Virus record (IMG/VR): IMGVR_UViG_3300000062_000013 | Location: 1 to 37,178 of that record | Origin: a virus | Strand: one strand, 5' to 3' | DNA length: 37,178 nt | Part shown: one piece after another, positions 1 through 8,818 of the stretch | How the letters are laid out: each line of letters begins with the position of its first letter | Position numbering within the stretch: the first letter of the stretch is position 1 | Translations under genes and position numbers: made by a program | The notes under the pieces: generated by a model | The model's input: only the letters and a program-made list of their open reading frames with translations | Told to the model about the DNA's origin: nothing | Databases searched by the model: none

Positions 1-79
1 CGGCGGTGGTGGGGGCGGCGGCGGATTTTCTGGCGGTGGTGGGGGCGGTGGCTCCGGAAGTGGTAGCGGCGAAGTTATT
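1..79. repeat. Terminal overlap, identical to 37100..37178
   Basis: Base-by-base comparison gives 79/79 identity. The repeat is inside, and in phase with, the tape-measure coding frame. Confidence 0.95.
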
Positions 80-523
80 TATGCAGGAACAGGTTTTGGA
101 TATGACGCGAGAAGCGGAAATTACATAAATGCGAAAACAGGCACCGAAGTTTCAGCTTCTACTATTTCTTCCCGTAATGATTTGGCTAAACTTAAACATT
201 TACATACTGGCGGAATCGTTGAGGGTAGAGAGGGGCAAGAAGTGCCTATTATGGCTCTTGGTGGCGAAATGGTTTTAACCAAAGACGACCAAAGAGAAAT
301 ATTTAAAGGTACTGGAAAATCGGTAGTAGGTGGCGGCAGTAACGGCTTAATGTCAAATGTTGAGGATGTTGTAAACCGTATGCAGAACGCTCTTTTAGCA
401 GCTTTTGAAATGGCAAATATCAATGTATCCGTTAATAATGTTTTAGAACTTGACGGCGAAACGTTAGCAAGAAACATTAGAAAACCGTTAAATAAAGAAA
501 ATTCAAGATTCGGGAGAACTTAA
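2..523 (+). CDS. Tail tape measure protein, C-terminal portion (same gene as 35289..37178, joined across the circular junction)
   Basis: The frame is open from base 2 and in phase with the ORF opening at 35289 once the 79-bp terminal overlap is collapsed. A Gly-rich run is followed by HTGGIVEGREGQEVPIMALGGEMVLTKDDQ, a motif I recognise from tape-measure C-termini. TAA at 521..523. Lies directly upstream of the tail-tip genes. Confidence 0.8.
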   Translation, partial: GGGGGGGGFSGGGGGGGSGSGSGEVIYAGTGFGYDARSGNYINAKTGTEVSASTISSRNDLAKLKHLHTGGIVEGREGQEVPIMALGGEMVLTKDDQREIFKGTGKSVVGGGSNGLMSNVEDVVNRMQNALLAAFEMANINVSVNNVLELDGETLARNIRKPLNKENSRFGRT

Positions 524-524
524 T

Positions 525-893
525 ATGACGGAAATGTTATTAATTAATGGGCGACATATCGGCAAAATTGAATCTTTCGGCAGCGAAAAATATACGGAAG
601 AAAGAGAAATGACAACGGTAAGCGGTCGCTTGGTAACGGATATTGTATATGAAAAATATAAATTCAATGTTACTTACCGTTTTTTAACGGATGAGGAATT
701 AACATTTTTAATTAATGCGATAAAAAATAAAGTGTTTACTGCTACATTTTTGGATAAAGAAACGCTCCAAAAAATTAGTCGTCAATGTTATTTATCGCCG
801 CCCAATAATATCCGAATCGGGGACGGTTTCGATATTGAAACGCGATTATGGGACCGTTTAACATTTTCGGCAGTTGCTACCGAAGCGGAATAA
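525..893 (+). CDS. Tail component in the distal-tail-protein (Dit) position; function by synteny only
   Basis: ATG is 1 nt after the tape-measure stop, giving a 122-aa ORF. Its position immediately after the tape measure is the only functional evidence. Confidence 0.6.
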   Translation: MTEMLLINGRHIGKIESFGSEKYTEEREMTTVSGRLVTDIVYEKYKFNVTYRFLTDEELTFLINAIKNKVFTATFLDKETLQKISRQCYLSPPNNIRIGDGFDIETRLWDRLTFSAVATEAE

Positions 894-901
894 GTGATAA
901 A

Positions 902-2683
902 ATGCAAACTGTATCCAGTGATTATTTAGAAGTTATTGATAAGCAATTTCGCCGTCGGGTAACGATGAACAGTATTTTATCTTTGGCGAATCCTGCTGAT
1001 GTTGAAAGAACAAGTTTTGAAAGTGGTTCTCCCGAATCGGTTATTTCAAATCATAATCAACTTTACGACCAAATAACAAAAATGAGCTACGGATGGAACA
1101 CTTTGGAACCCGACCGCGTTAATTCTTCCGGTGATTTTGTTATTTTTGATTTAGATACTGTCGGGCAATACGGTTTTTGGACGGATGAAATGTGCGATGA
1201 ATTTGGCATTTTCGCTACGCCGCAAACCATTAAATTGACATATTCCGAAATTTTAAGTTTTAATAATTTAATGGTTTTCTTTGACAATTACGCGAGTGAA
1301 TACGCTAGTGATTTTGAAATTACTTTTTATGATAATCAAGGCGTATCCGTTTATAATAAACGGATACCGGACAATGATTCCGTTAATTTTTCTTTGGATA
1401 ATCGCGTTAATTTTGTTTCCGCCATTGAATTGAAAATTTATAAATGGTCTAAACCGTTCCGCCGTGCAAAAGTTTTAGAAATATTGAACGGTTCAATAAT
1501 TGAGTTTACCGATAACGAAATTGTAGGATATAATTCTATTGATAATTTTTCGATATTGGAAGAAGTGTTTATTGTATCCCAACAGTCGCTTGATATTGAA
1601 AATTTACATTCGCGATTTAATCCATTACATACCGAAGGTATTTTTAATCAATTGCAAAATAAACAAATTTTTCAAACGGAATTTAATATTAATGGCGTTA
1701 CGTTGTCTGCCGGTATTGGTTATTTATGGAATTATGAAAATTACGGCAATATAACTTCATTTAAAATGCGGTCCGTTTATGAATTTATCAACGGTTTATA
1801 TATCGCTGAATCATACGAAGAAATAACAGCAATGGACTTATTCATTAAATTATTTTCTTTGGCAAATATTACCGAATATTCAATAAGTCCGGAACTTGCC
1901 GATATCGTTTTAAATCAATATGTGCCGGAAATGAATTTATCAGATGCGTTTCAATTTGCAGCAAATGCGGCTTCTGCTTATATTTTTATCCAAAAAAGCG
2001 GAATTATTACTATTGAATTGATAAGAAATATTTTTACAAATTCGGTTGCCGTTATTGATTTTAATTTTATTTATCCGAATGGAAAATCATATTATCCGCA
2101 AATTAACCAAAAAGATTTAATTGATGGTGTTACCGCTAACATTTATAAATATAATGTTGATTCCGAAGCTGTAACGGAACCGCTCGTTACCGATTTGGAA
2201 ATAAGTTTCCCTGATGACGGTTTTATTTACATTGAATATGGAGCTATTGCAGATTCGGTTACTGCTACTGCTTCTTCCGGTTCTTTTTCGGATGTAGTAT
2301 ATTTTGCTGATAAATTAAAATTATCGGGTTCTGGCGACATTGTTATAAGTATTGAAGGACGTAAAATAACCCAAAATGTTATTAAAAAAACCGTAACAAA
2401 AGATAATATTTCATCTATTAAAATTGAAAATATCGCGGTTGTTGATAATCCTTTTATAAATACGATATCAAGAGCTGTCATAATGTCTAATTTAAAATTA
2501 CAATTAAATGATTATTATACCCAAATTGTATTTAATGATAGGGGGCGCCCCGATTTAGAATTAACGGATTTTATAACTGTTGAAACTGAATATGGTTTTA
2601 TTAATGGATTAATTACAGAACAGCGATTTAATTGGAATAAATTTTTAACTGGTTACGTTGCTGTTGATTGTAAGAAGAATTAA
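902..2683 (+). CDS. Tail-associated / baseplate protein (Tal position), function by synteny
   Basis: Long ORF (track 848..2683). I prefer the ATG at 902, just after the upstream TAA at 891..893, because 848 has no SD and would overlap the upstream gene by 46 nt. No catalytic motif recognised. Confidence 0.6.
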   Translation: MQTVSSDYLEVIDKQFRRRVTMNSILSLANPADVERTSFESGSPESVISNHNQLYDQITKMSYGWNTLEPDRVNSSGDFVIFDLDTVGQYGFWTDEMCDEFGIFATPQTIKLTYSEILSFNNLMVFFDNYASEYASDFEITFYDNQGVSVYNKRIPDNDSVNFSLDNRVNFVSAIELKIYKWSKPFRRAKVLEILNGSIIEFTDNEIVGYNSIDNFSILEEVFIVSQQSLDIENLHSRFNPLHTEGIFNQLQNKQIFQTEFNINGVTLSAGIGYLWNYENYGNITSFKMRSVYEFINGLYIAESYEEITAMDLFIKLFSLANITEYSISPELADIVLNQYVPEMNLSDAFQFAANAASAYIFIQKSGIITIELIRNIFTNSVAVIDFNFIYPNGKSYYPQINQKDLIDGVTANIYKYNVDSEAVTEPLVTDLEISFPDDGFIYIEYGAIADSVTATASSGSFSDVVYFADKLKLSGSGDIVISIEGRKITQNVIKKTVTKDNISSIKIENIAVVDNPFINTISRAVIMSNLKLQLNDYYTQIVFNDRGRPDLELTDFITVETEYGFINGLITEQRFNWNKFLTGYVAVDCKKN

Positions 2684-2723
2684 ATATTTAAACGGCATGC
2701 ATAAATAAAGAGTGTGAATAAAA

Positions 2724-3128
2724 ATGATAGATTGGCTTACAGCTGACGAATTTAAAACGATGTTTCCCAGTACTGAAATATCGGAAGATGATTTTAAAGT
2801 TTTCAAAGATTCGGCAACAGAGGACATTAATTTTATAACTTCGGATAAAATTATTAAACTTGGTTTTGATAATTTAGAATCATGGGTACAGCACCGTATC
2901 AAGCGAGCTATCGCGTATCAAATTTTATTTTATAATGATAATGGCGGACTTGACGGCATGACGGAAGAAGATTATAATTCGGCTTCGGTCGGTTCTTTTT
3001 CTATTTCACAGGGCGGCAGTTCGCCAAATATTTCGCCGTTTATAATAAACGGCAGGCGAGCTCATCCAAAAATTAAAGAACTTCTCATGACAACGAATTT
3101 ATTAAACGCTGCTGTAAATGGAATTTAA
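2724..3128 (+). CDS. Hypothetical tail-module protein
   Basis: 134-aa ORF co-oriented within the tail operon, TAA stop. Contains one copy of the genome-wide palindrome (3036..3052), translated as SPFIING. Confidence 0.6.
   Translation: MIDWLTADEFKTMFPSTEISEDDFKVFKDSATEDINFITSDKIIKLGFDNLESWVQHRIKRAIAYQILFYNDNGGLDGMTEEDYNSASVGSFSISQGGSSPNISPFIINGRRAHPKIKELLMTTNLLNAAVNGI
3036..3052. repeat. Palindrome copy P1, CCGTTTATAATAAACGG (19-bp palindrome with flanks 3035..3053), inside a CDS
   Basis: Read directly. Lies within 2724..3128. Confidence 0.95.
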
Positions 3129-3142
3129 AAAAGGTGTTAAAA

Positions 3143-4765
3143 ATGGCAACCGTAAACGATTACGATTCTTTGGCTCTTGCGCTTCATTATGATTCTATCC
3201 ATAATGTCAGCAAATCATTGCCGCATAATCCTGCCGCTTCGGGTTGGAATGACATTTCTGGTAATAATAGAAATGGAACGTTTGCCACAAGCGGTTTTGA
3301 ATGGATTGATGAAAAAGGATTAAGATTCAACGGCGGGCAACGCTTAACATATTCAGCTTCGGGAATAACGATTAACCGAAGTTATACAATGTCGGTTTTA
3401 TTTAAACCCGTATTTGTTGGCTCATATCCACGTTTATTTGCAGAAAATACATTTCCCACGTTGTATTTAAGAACAAATGATTCTAATTTTACATACGGTG
3501 TTTATTCGCATGGTATTGATACCAATTATTTGGACCCGAACGGGCAACCAATTAGACCAATTGAAAACGATTGGAACCACGCTACCGTTGTTTATAATTA
3601 CGATACAAAAACTTTAAAACTTTATGTAAACGGTTTACTCGTTTCGACAAGAACAAATTTAACAACAACGGCAACGAATCAAAACATAGCTTATTTGGGT
3701 GCACGCTCTCAAAATGATAGATTTTTTACAGGTTCGATAAGTACCTTTATGCTATATGAAAGAGCGTTATCCGATACCGAAGTTTTAAATAATTATAAAA
3801 TCGATTATGAAAGATACGTAGTTGAGCCCGAACCCGAACCGCCAGAACCAATAACGGATACACCTATAAAAGTAATTGAAGGTATGTTTGAAAGTTCCCA
3901 AAATGGCTATGAGTGGGACATTTCTATTTTAAAATCTGAATTTTCAGAACGTCCGCCGTTTTTGATATTTTCAGATAATCAGAAAAATCCCCTTTATTTT
4001 AATCTCGAAAAAGAAACGGCAACAACATTATTTTATACCGTCCGTTTAAACGTTGTTGCCGGATTAAATGAAGTCTATATTTATGCTGCTGATAGCGATA
4101 AAAGCGATGAACGAAAAACATTTACAGAATTTACATCTTTTGCAAATGGGTTGCCGTGGGGTTGGCAAACAGCACCACACAGCGGCACATTATCAAGCCA
4201 AAATGATTTTAATAGTTTACAATGGGTTAATAATTTGGGTACTTTTTGGTTTGCAGAAAACGGATTTTTAAGACATCAAGGTGGCGATTCCTTTTTAAGA
4301 CCGCCTTTGCGCATGACGGAAGAAAGCAAGGGATTTACTTATGAATCGTTATTAGAATGTTTACCACATAACACTTATTGGATTTTTGGTTTCGGTTCAC
4401 GCAATACCAGTGCCGGAAATCATGCAGACGGTATTAATTGTAGAGATGCCTCAATGAGTGAGGTTTTTAATGCCATTAATGCCGTTTCATTTGGAAATTT
4501 CAATATTGAATCAACCCTTACAAAATTTGTTGCAGGTTTTTCCGTTTATGAAAACTCCGGAAAAGCGTATTTAATAAGAGAATCAACTTATACAAAATTC
4601 CAAAGTAACGAAGGCGTAAGAACTAATGACATTTCCCAAACGCGATTTTCTTTAAAATATTGGGGCGGTTATCAACAATCGCGTTGGTATTGGATGAGAA
4701 AAAGGCATAACCCGATACCGAACACGTTTATTATTAAAGATTATGAGCCCCCGATTCCCGAATAG
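3143..4765 (+). CDS. Tail fibre / receptor-binding protein with concanavalin-A-like (LamG) lectin domain; ends at an in-frame TAG
   Basis: ATG at 3143 is preceded by AAAAAGGTG. The N-terminal region (GLRFNGGQRLTY ... WNHATVVYNYDTKTLKLYVNGLLVS ... FMLYERALSDTEV) fits the Laminin_G_3 pattern common in phage fibres. An EPEPEPPEP linker follows. The apparent stop is TAG at 4763..4765, and the frame stays open into 4811..5206. Confidence 0.65.
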   Translation: MATVNDYDSLALALHYDSIHNVSKSLPHNPAASGWNDISGNNRNGTFATSGFEWIDEKGLRFNGGQRLTYSASGITINRSYTMSVLFKPVFVGSYPRLFAENTFPTLYLRTNDSNFTYGVYSHGIDTNYLDPNGQPIRPIENDWNHATVVYNYDTKTLKLYVNGLLVSTRTNLTTTATNQNIAYLGARSQNDRFFTGSISTFMLYERALSDTEVLNNYKIDYERYVVEPEPEPPEPITDTPIKVIEGMFESSQNGYEWDISILKSEFSERPPFLIFSDNQKNPLYFNLEKETATTLFYTVRLNVVAGLNEVYIYAADSDKSDERKTFTEFTSFANGLPWGWQTAPHSGTLSSQNDFNSLQWVNNLGTFWFAENGFLRHQGGDSFLRPPLRMTEESKGFTYESLLECLPHNTYWIFGFGSRNTSAGNHADGINCRDASMSEVFNAINAVSFGNFNIESTLTKFVAGFSVYENSGKAYLIRESTYTKFQSNEGVRTNDISQTRFSLKYWGGYQQSRWYWMRKRHNPIPNTFIIKDYEPPIPE

Positions 4766-4810
4766 GATTTTATACCAATCCGTTTTTGGACTGGCACAAG
4801 AACCGATTAT

Positions 4811-5206
4811 GTGAATGCGGAAGATTATAATAGAATTTCCAATAACATAGCCATAGTTAATGAAATTTATTCACGCCTCGGATATGTCGGCGAGCTCCGA
4901 CCAATGCGATGCGATTGGGATATATACCCCCTATGCATGACTTTTAAACAGTATTGGGCGAATATGCGCTTAAACATACAGGACCTTTACTTAATGTTTC
5001 CGTATGCTAAAATTTTTCCAAACGCTCCCCTGTATCCGTTATTTAATCCGCCTGGGGTTTTAAATCCTGTGGAAAGATTAACGGCAGACTTATTAAACGC
5101 TATGGAAATTACGCTTAAAAATTTATATGAATTTTCAATATCATTTGACCGCTTACCGATTTTACTTACAGAAAACCGTATGCGTCAAAGAATTGTTAGG
5201 AAGTGA
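4811..5206 (+). CDS. Tail-fibre C-terminal segment; probably the read-through continuation (from 4766) of 3143..4765 rather than an independent gene
   Basis: Same frame as 3143..4765 with no stop between 4766 and 4810. The only candidate start is a GTG with no SD. The FWTGTRTDYVNAEDYNRISNN motif (the DxNRIxxN type seen in Firmicutes-phage fibre proteins) begins upstream of that GTG. Confidence 0.55.
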   Translation: MNAEDYNRISNNIAIVNEIYSRLGYVGELRPMRCDWDIYPLCMTFKQYWANMRLNIQDLYLMFPYAKIFPNAPLYPLFNPPGVLNPVERLTADLLNAMEITLKNLYEFSISFDRLPILLTENRMRQRIVRK

Positions 5207-5212
5207 AATAAA

Positions 5213-7141
5213 ATGACAGATAGCTATAATAACCGATTTCAAGATGAAATATTATCGCCTGCTGAGCCAATATATGATATAAAAAAAGTATCGGATAACA
5301 GCATAATTTTAGAAGATATTCAATTATTGCTTAAAAACACTATCGTGCAAGAGGGCAATTTTTTGAATGCAGCTGTCATGAATAATATTCTTGGTCGCAT
5401 TAATGCAAATTCTAAAAATTTAGCTTCGGTAATGTTAATTGTAAATAGTATGCGTCGCATACAATCCTCCGGTACGGATAATCTTGAAATAACAGGAATC
5501 AATGACGAAACCGATTTATTTATGAAAAACAATCATTCAGATTTTGGAATTTTAGCAGCAAACGTATCAGCAGGTATAAATCAAATTAAAATAATTAACG
5601 CTAGCGGTTTTAGATTTAATTCTTCATTTGATATTAATGTTCAAAGCTCTAATTCTTTTAATCAAGTATCAGTAAAAGTTGGGAATTTTATTGCATTAAA
5701 TAAAGCTGTTATTGATGTTATAAATAATGCTTTAAACAGAAGCATTCAATGGTGTTATGGAAAAATAGGTGTTAATTCAATATTGGAAGGCGGTATTTCA
5801 ACTGACCAAACTACAACTGAAAAATTAAATTTAATAAATCTTTTAACAAATACGAACGTCCAAGTTTTTCCAATACCAAGATATGTCGCTATTAGAATTT
5901 ATGATGAAGAGGATAAATGTGCATACGCATTAGGGTTTATTTATAACCAATATAATAACGCAGTTATGTGGAAAACAAATCAAATATCTGAAAATCAAAC
6001 GTCATTCACAAATACGCAAATAGCAACGCTTAATGGTTTTGGGTTAAATAACAATTTTTCGGATTATTCAAACTCCGCACAGGCTTTTTATAATATTTTT
6101 CCTTTAAAACCGAAAGGTGTCAAAGCAGCTTATAATTTCGCTCTTGATATAACGCAAGCGTCAACGGGATGGGCGGTTTGGTCGTGGGATAATAATTATA
6201 CAACATTTACAAAAACATCATTAGCGATTAGGACAACAACACAAAACCAATCTCATTTTAAAGGTTTTATAAAAGTATCGACTAATTATATCGCTTGTAT
6301 TGAGGGAATTTTATACAAATTCAAATCGCTTGCAAATGGAAAATTAGATGTATCTTCGCCGTATGAAATTTTGACAATTCCATTTTTAAACGGTCGAACG
6401 ATTAATAATATTTCTTTAACTGACAATGTTGCATTTATATATGGTACAAATTCGTTATTAGCTTACTCTTTGGATGGTGTAAATTGGACGGAAATCATAA
6501 TGAATAACGATTCGTTAAAAAATACAAACTATTTTACTGGAATATATGTAATTGAAGATAATTCAATTTATGTGTCTACTCAACATCCTACGCAATCATC
6601 AAGGCAACAAATTTTTAAATATGAATCTTTCAATCCCGAAAATTTCAAAAATAAAAAATATGTTTTAAATACCGAACCCGTTTTAATTAATTCGGTTTCG
6701 TTGGTTGCAAATGACATTATTTTAGGCCTGAATTCGTCATTATTGCAAAATCATACGCAAGGGGAATTATTAAGAAGAACGAATAATTCAACGATTCCGC
6801 CGAACTCGAAAGTAAATGTAACCGTTGAAATTGAAAATTTATTTTCGCATAACGCCGTCGTTTTATTCCCGCAATTCACGAATTTACAAAATGTATCAAT
6901 CGACGCAGAAATTTCACATCGGAATAATATTAATGAATTGGAAAATTTTGAAAATATTCCGCTTGTTCACGAAATAGAATTAAATGCAGATTGGCGCGAA
7001 CAAACATATTATCTTAATTTTCCAAATGAATCTTCTATTTTCGCGGCTTCATTTACGGTTACAAATAATAATGAATTTGCAATAGAATTGTTTCAATTGA
7101 TAGCGATTTTATACGATGAAATTTATGATACAGGGGTATAA
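5213..7141 (+). CDS. Large tail fibre / host-recognition protein, possible beta-propeller with an Asp-box-like motif
   Basis: 642-aa ORF with SD AGGAAGTGA upstream. Asn/Ser-rich. YSLDGVNWTEI resembles a BNR/Asp-box, one residue short of consensus. Sits at the distal end of the tail module. Confidence 0.6.
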   Translation: MTDSYNNRFQDEILSPAEPIYDIKKVSDNSIILEDIQLLLKNTIVQEGNFLNAAVMNNILGRINANSKNLASVMLIVNSMRRIQSSGTDNLEITGINDETDLFMKNNHSDFGILAANVSAGINQIKIINASGFRFNSSFDINVQSSNSFNQVSVKVGNFIALNKAVIDVINNALNRSIQWCYGKIGVNSILEGGISTDQTTTEKLNLINLLTNTNVQVFPIPRYVAIRIYDEEDKCAYALGFIYNQYNNAVMWKTNQISENQTSFTNTQIATLNGFGLNNNFSDYSNSAQAFYNIFPLKPKGVKAAYNFALDITQASTGWAVWSWDNNYTTFTKTSLAIRTTTQNQSHFKGFIKVSTNYIACIEGILYKFKSLANGKLDVSSPYEILTIPFLNGRTINNISLTDNVAFIYGTNSLLAYSLDGVNWTEIIMNNDSLKNTNYFTGIYVIEDNSIYVSTQHPTQSSRQQIFKYESFNPENFKNKKYVLNTEPVLINSVSLVANDIILGLNSSLLQNHTQGELLRRTNNSTIPPNSKVNVTVEIENLFSHNAVVLFPQFTNLQNVSIDAEISHRNNINELENFENIPLVHEIELNADWREQTYYLNFPNESSIFAASFTVTNNNEFAIELFQLIAILYDEIYDTGV

Positions 7142-7143
7142 AA

Positions 7144-7416
7144 ATGGTCGATTTTCTTGGAAAACCTAAAATGAAAAATAATTTTTTAAGAAAAGGAATA
7201 GGCTCCGCTGTTAGTGAAAATGAAATTTTCCAATACGCAGTGGATAATATTATTTATAAATCCAAAAATGATATTATTTTAAGCGAACATTATAATCCGA
7301 TTCAGGCGAAAGGTTTATTTGAAAAATACAAAAAATCATTAGCGGAATCCGCTAATATTCCTTTGCATTATTCATTATTAAATAAATTATTTCCAGAATC
7401 GTTAATGAGAAAATGA
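7144..7416 (+). CDS. Hypothetical protein, last gene of the tail operon
   Basis: 90-aa ORF with SD AGGGG upstream and a TGA stop. Followed by the terminator-like palindrome at 7426..7455. Confidence 0.55.
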   Translation: MVDFLGKPKMKNNFLRKGIGSAVSENEIFQYAVDNIIYKSKNDIILSEHYNPIQAKGLFEKYKKSLAESANIPLHYSLLNKLFPESLMRK

Positions 7417-7425
7417 TTTTCTTTT

Positions 7426-7455
7426 AATCCGTTTATTATAAACGGATTCTTTTTT
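7426..7455 (+). terminator. Palindrome copy P2 extended to a 23-bp palindrome (AATCCGTTTATTATAAACGGATT) plus T-run; intrinsic-terminator-like
   Basis: Core at 7429..7445, flanking arms at 7426..7448, then C + T6 (7450..7455). Starts 10 nt after the TGA of the last tail gene. Confidence 0.7.
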
Positions 7456-7550
7456 ATATTCGCTATATTTATATATATACTTTTTTCGCTGTTACTCTAC
7501 ATTAACAGATAAAAATTTATGCACAGAAACATAGTATTTATATACTAAAA

Positions 7551-7591
7551 TGTAAAGTTTATGAAGTGCATAAAGTTTATATAGTTTAAAC
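7551..7591. promoter_or_regulatory. AT-rich border motif, copy A (TAAAGTTTATGAAGT + ATAAAGTTTATATAGTTTAAAC)
   Basis: Lies in the 7417..7632 intergenic region upstream of the rightward early cluster. The plus strand carries TATAGT. Confidence 0.4.
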
Positions 7592-7632
7592 GCTTTATTC
7601 TAATTGTTGAGAAATCAACAGGAAATAAAATC

Positions 7633-7761
7633 ATGACAAAATACAGCGAATCAATGACAGTAGCCGAAGTTGAAAACCATTTGAACAGAATTACAAACGA
7701 TTATTCCGTTTCATATTCCGAAGCAAGAGATATGTTTATTGGAATGGAAATGGATATTTAA
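7633..7761 (+). CDS. Small hypothetical protein (42 aa), below the ORF-track cutoff
   Basis: Translated by hand as ATG..TAA, giving MTKYSESMTVAEVENHLNRITNDYSVSYSEARDMFIGMEMDI. Its TAA overlaps the AAGGAG SD of the next gene. It is the first ORF after the 7417..7632 control region. Confidence 0.45.
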   Translation: MTKYSESMTVAEVENHLNRITNDYSVSYSEARDMFIGMEMDI

Positions 7762-7773
7762 GGAGCGGTCGCA

Positions 7774-8022
7774 ATGAAAATCCAAAAAGGAACAATCGGA
7801 TACCGAGCAGCTATATTAAAAACTTTAACCGCTGACGAAAAGCAAGAATATGATAATCTCCAAAAAGAGATAATCGGAATGAGTAAACCCGAAAATATGA
7901 AAAAAGGATATATGACTGCCGGCGGCAGATATTTAACAGCGTCAGAAGCTTACAAATATTTAACGGACCGCGAACATGAAATTGAACAAATCGCTGAAAA
8001 ACGATATGAGGAGATGATTTAA
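7774..8022 (+). CDS. Hypothetical early protein
   Basis: 82-aa ORF with a strong SD (TAAGGAGC) 8 nt upstream. Confidence 0.6.
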   Translation: MKIQKGTIGYRAAILKTLTADEKQEYDNLQKEIIGMSKPENMKKGYMTAGGRYLTASEAYKYLTDREHEIEQIAEKRYEEMI

Positions 8023-8238
8023 ATGAAGTTTTCAAAATCAAAAATGATTGCCCGATTAATTAAAGAAGGGAAAAGAGAATCGATAACGGACGAAGTCCTT
8101 AAAATCATGGATGATTTGGACGGTCAAGAAGCCGTTATAAGCAAATGGGATAAAATGATATACGGGCGAATTAGTTTAGTATGTACAGGAAAAAGCGGAA
8201 CTGTTCAGCCTGTACATTCCGATGATACGGAGCCATGA
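8023..8238 (+). CDS. Hypothetical early protein
   Basis: 71-aa ORF. Its ATG abuts the upstream TAA, suggesting coupled translation. Confidence 0.55.
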   Translation: MKFSKSKMIARLIKEGKRESITDEVLKIMDDLDGQEAVISKWDKMIYGRISLVCTGKSGTVQPVHSDDTEP

Positions 8239-8243
8239 TTTGA

Positions 8244-8630
8244 ATGAAAATCATTAATTTTTTGGTTGGAAAAGAACCGTCAGTTATTGAAATTGACGGC
8301 GATTTAAAATCTATGCAAGCTACCGTAGGCGGTTATATCCAAGCCGTATATATAAATCATCCTTTCGTTATCGTTTGCGATGAAGAAGGATTATTAAAAC
8401 AAAAATGGCATAATCGAACAATCCCTATCAGAGGACAGACTTTTGGTATTCCGATTCATGGCGATTTTTTTATTTGTAAAATCGATATTGAAAACGAATT
8501 TACAGGAATTGATTTGGAAATTACGGCAACGGCTGACGAAATCAGAAAATATTTAAAAGAAAACGATGTTTATTTTACTGCTCTTACAGAATCGTATGCG
8601 GCAAAAGTAGAAAAGGAGATGAAAAAATGA
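8244..8630 (+). CDS. Hypothetical protein, DUF3846-like (tentative)
   Basis: 128-aa ORF. The pattern LKSMQATVGGYIQAV ... VIVCDEEGLLK ... GDFFICK resembles what I remember of DUF3846. Not verified. Confidence 0.5.
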   Translation: MKIINFLVGKEPSVIEIDGDLKSMQATVGGYIQAVYINHPFVIVCDEEGLLKQKWHNRTIPIRGQTFGIPIHGDFFICKIDIENEFTGIDLEITATADEIRKYLKENDVYFTALTESYAAKVEKEMKK

Positions 8631-8815
8631 ATGAAAAAAAATATTACAGTACGGGCGAAGTTGTAACAGCCCTTGACGGTTTAATAAGTCAAGGGCATTT
8701 AATTTTATTATGTCATCAAGGCAAAATAAAAGCGGTTCGGCGTAACGAAAAAGGGGCGCATTTTAAAATCCCTGCCGATGAATTGGAACGATTAAAAAAA
8801 GAATATGGAGTTTAA
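8627..8815 (+). CDS. Excisionase/MerR-type helix-turn-helix DNA-binding protein
   Basis: 62-aa ORF with an ATGA overlap onto the upstream gene. YSTGEVVTAL ... GKIKAVRRNEKGAHFKIPADELERL fits the HTH_17 (excisionase-family) pattern. Confidence 0.55.
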   Translation: MNEKKYYSTGEVVTALDGLISQGHLILLCHQGKIKAVRRNEKGAHFKIPADELERLKKEYGV

Positions 8816-8818
8816 AAA

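Noticed and set aside
121-477. Antisense ORFs listed in the track opposite long genes. Examples: 121..477(-), 1087..1287(-), 2227..2481(-), 12964..13230(+), 13270..14646(+ set), 14789..15089(+), 29857..30258(-), 30897..31190(-), 31355..31612(-), 35822..36124(-), 36638..36874(-).
   Set aside because: Each lies wholly inside a longer, motif-supported gene on the other strand. They lack SD sites and have low-complexity or hydrophobic junk composition, which is typical of shadow ORFs.
848-901. Upstream ATG at 848 as the start of the tail-associated protein.
   Set aside because: It has no SD and would overlap the upstream gene by 46 nt. The ATG at 902 follows that gene's stop. The choice remains uncertain.
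5204-5215. TGA at 5204..5206 is also in frame with the next ORF (5213..7141), so read-through was considered.
   Set aside because: The downstream gene has its own ATG and a good SD (AGGAAGTGA). Eight other TGA codons end genes normally. A shared frame is expected by chance one time in three.
7519-7530. TGCACAGAAAC is shared between 7520-7530 and 22250-22260, in the two control regions.
   Set aside because: An 11-mer match is expected many times by chance in this much sequence.
8525-8540. The 16-mer GGCAACGGCTGACGAA is shared between 8525..8540 (inside a CDS) and 25047..25062 (next to the late 28-mer).
   Set aside because: A single exact 16-mer match is within rough chance expectation for all-against-all comparison of a 37-kb genome on both strands. 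There is no flanking similarity.
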